Shown here: positions 61,200-64,000 of the stretch, piece by piece
How the letters are laid out: the number at the start of each line of letters is the position of its first letter
Position numbering within the stretch: position 1 is the stretch's first letter
NCBI RefSeq assembly: GCF_964194025.1
Contig: NC_134468.1
Span: 57,908,001 to 57,972,000, forward strand
Direction of reading: 5' to 3'
Length of the DNA stretch: 64,000 nucleotides
Origin: Convolutriloba macropyga
Lineage: Eukaryota
Translations under genes and position numbers: made by a program
The notes under the pieces: model-generated
Seen by the model: only the letters and a program-made list of their open reading frames with translations
Databases searched by the model: none
What the model was told of the DNA's origin: nothing

Positions 61200-63994
61200 A
61201 TTGGGACCATTGCTTATTTTTAACTGTCAGACGTTACGCCAAATCAATGCTCAATGCTCAATGCTATCGCATCTAGCCAAAGCAGTTTAATTAAATGTTT
61301 TCAAAAAAACTTAGAAAAACTAGTTAAAAAATACCATCAAGCTTATAAATATTCAAGTAAAATTGAGCTGTTTGCCAATTTCGAAAGAATTAATAGATCC
61401 ATCAGAAGAATTAAACGATCAGAAGCTGATTATCATAGTTTCTGGGGTTAAAAAAGTGAAAAACTAAGTTTTCAAAGTGTTTGTTGTTTATTAGCCACAT
61501 TCAGCTTCTCATCAGGCTATTATTGCGCTCCTATTTTTTTATACAATACAAGCATTTAAATTTCATAGGTGCTCTTTCTTTTTTTGTACGGTGTTCAATC
61601 GCCTCAGCTTCTCAGCCGGCTATTATAGCGCTACTAATTTTTTACTTCGTCGAATGAAAACTTTTCGCTTTACCCTAGTTCACAGCTTGTTCAACATTGT
61701 GCGTGAAATCTTTTTGACTTTTCTAGGCAAGTATCACTCTTCTCTCATTCTGCTAAAAGTGCTTTTAGACGGCACTTGCTGAGCAAAGAAATTCAAAATG
61801 AACAGAGTCAGTATCAAAAAACAAAATCAGAAATAGAAACTGGATAAAAATATAAAGCCCGAATTTATATAACCGTTACTCGAATTCTGTTCTTAGTTCA
61901 TCTCTAATGCTTATTGGAGTTGATACTAGCCACTGTGTCGTCTCACTACGAAACGAAACACTTCAGCTCCAAAATGACATCAAAATAGTTTGCACTTAAC
62001 ATGTTTTGTGCGAAAATCAATTTTTCTTTTCTTGCAATCCCAATCTTGGTTATGGGAATCAACGGCGGCTATTTTCCGGCAATCTGCCGGTTATGTTTCC
62101 ACTGCTTTTCCATTGTCTTTCATCTTTTGAGACGGGATAAAGAGTTGAAACTCGGCGGGCATTTAATTGCAATAGAGGACCTTAGCTGGCTTCAGTAGTC
62201 TTTGGGGTGCTTAATGTACTGAAGTTGCTGGAAACGTCAAAATTCATGGTGAAAATGTCAAGTTTTGCTGTTTTGAGACCTGAATGAAGCAATCTTTCGT
62301 TGTTTTGGTCATTTTGTTGTTAATTGGGTTATTACGAAGGTTGATTGTAGTTTTTATGGCCATTATGCGAAAAGCCTTTTTATGCTAATGTATTTTGTGA
62401 CTTTTTATTGTTCAAGCCAAGTTTAACACCAGAGTCAAAGCAGTCGCTGTTAGGTTTTTTTCTCTTTTTTCATTGTGTTCCTTTTTTAGGCGAAATATTT
62501 ATTTTTAATGCTTAAAAATGTGTTAATGGTTGAGTTTTTTTTCTACACAGAAATGGTTTTTACGATCTGGATATCATAAATTTTTGCAACTTTAAATAAT
62601 TTCCCTAAGTTTTAAAAAATTAGGAAAAAAATTTAAAAATTGCAAAAAATAATGATATCCAGATTGTAAAAACCATTTCTGTGTAGAAAAAAAATCAACC
62701 ATTAACCCATTTTAAAGCACTAAAAATGAACATTTCGCCTATAAAATGGAAGAAAAATGGAAAATTGACAAAAAAACTTAAATAGCGAAAACTGCTTTTA
62801 CTCTAGTGTAAAAATTCGCATGAACAATAAAAAGATACCAAATACATTAGCATAAAAAGAACTTTCGTTCTAACCAAATTAACAACAAAATGACCAAAAC
62901 AACAAAAAATTGCTTCATGCAGGGCTCAAAACAGCAAAACCTGACATTTTCACATTGAATTTTCCTGCAACTTCAGTACATTAAGCACCTCAAAGACTAC
63001 TAAAGCCAGCTAAGGTCCTCTATTAAAACTTAATGCCCACCGAACTTCAACTGTTTATCTCGTTTCAAAAGATGAAAGACAATGGAAAAGCAGTGGAAAC
63101 ATAACCGGCAGATTGCCGGAAAATAGCCGCCGTTGATTCCCATAACCAAGATTGGGATTGCAAGAAAAGAAAAAATGATTTTCGCACAAAAACATGTTAA
63201 GTGCAAACTATTTTGATGTCATTTTGGAGCTGAAGAGTCTCGTTTCGTAGTGAGACGACACAGCGGCAAGTATCAATACCAATAAGCATTAGAGATGGTA
63301 ACTTAGAACAAAATTCGAGTAACGGGCATATAAATCGGGCTTTATAGTTTTATCCAGTTTCTAATTCTAATTTTGTTTTTTGAAATTGACACTGTTCATT
63401 TTGAACTTTTTTGCTCAACTACTGCTGTCTAAAAGGGTTTTAGCAGAATGAGAGAAGAGCAAAACTTGCCTAGCGAAGTCAAAAAGATTTCACGCACAAT
63501 GTTGAACAAGCTGTGAACTAGGGTAAAGCAAAAAAAATTTTCATTCCACGAATTAAAAAATTAGGAGCGCTATAATAGCCGGCTGAGAAGCTGAGGCGGC
63601 TATTAAACGTCTTACAAAAAAAAGAAAGAGCACCCATAAAAAGCAAATTCCTTGTATCGTAAAAAAATAGGAGCACGATAATAGCCTGATGAGAAGCTGA
63701 GGGCGGCTAATAAACAACAAGCACTTTGAAAACTTAGTTTTTCAATTTTTAACCCCAGAAACTATGAGAATCAGATTCTGATCGTTGAAATCTTCTGATT
63801 GATCTATGAAATCTTTTGAAATTGGCAAATAGCTTAATTTAACTAGAGTATTTTTAAGCATGATGGTATTTTTTAACTATTTTTTCTAAGTGTTTTTGAA
63901 AACATTTAATTAAACTGCTTCGACTAGATGCGATAGCATTGAGCAGTGATTTGGCGTAACTTCTGACGGTTATAACAAAGCAATGATCCCAATA
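61200..63994. repeat. ~2.8-kb imperfect palindrome (foldback), arms ~1.4 kb, centre near 62610
   Basis: ATTGGGACCATTGCTT...TTACGCCAAATCA at the left end mirrors TGATTTGGCGTAA...AAGCAATGATCCCAAT at the right; arms are colinear up to CCTAAGTTTTAAAAAATTAGG. Confidence 0.92.
63099..63712 (-). mobile_element. Family 1 element in the right palindrome arm (mirror copy at ~61489-62096) with a doubled terminal hairpin
   Basis: ACATAACCGGCAGATTGCCGGAAAATAGCCGC at 63099; TAATAGCC...GGCGGCTA hairpins at 63572-63605 and 63679-63712. Confidence 0.72.
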
Positions 63995-64000
63995 GTGCGA

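Overview
AT-rich eukaryotic DNA with GT-AG introns, most likely from an invertebrate animal; the species cannot be fixed from the sequence. It holds two convergent spliced genes. On +, a complete 3-exon, 430-aa type-I glutamine-synthetase-like (lengsin/PuuA-like) gene at 15569-27150 has a 9.8-kb first intron carrying a six-unit ~1.2-kb tandem array. On -, the last 13 coding exons (781 aa) of RBM25, a PWI-domain splicing factor, span 59532-32729; its RRM exons lie beyond the window. The rest is mostly transposon material: two decayed CR1/L2-type LINEs, a decayed Ty3/gypsy element with an intact 3' LTR, a MULE relic, a MITE with an 8-bp TSD and a 2.8-kb palindrome. The RBM25 introns also hold many non-autonomous elements with Helentron/DINE-1-like ends, in three families. 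The most striking observation is that family 3 sits three times at the same position, the A-run just inside the terminal hairpin, in three different family-1 hosts. This suggests a rolling-circle element that targets another one. Other leads are a likely non-ammonium substrate for the GS-like enzyme and a candidate poison-exon cassette in RBM25. All analysis was by eye; repeat boundaries are approximate.
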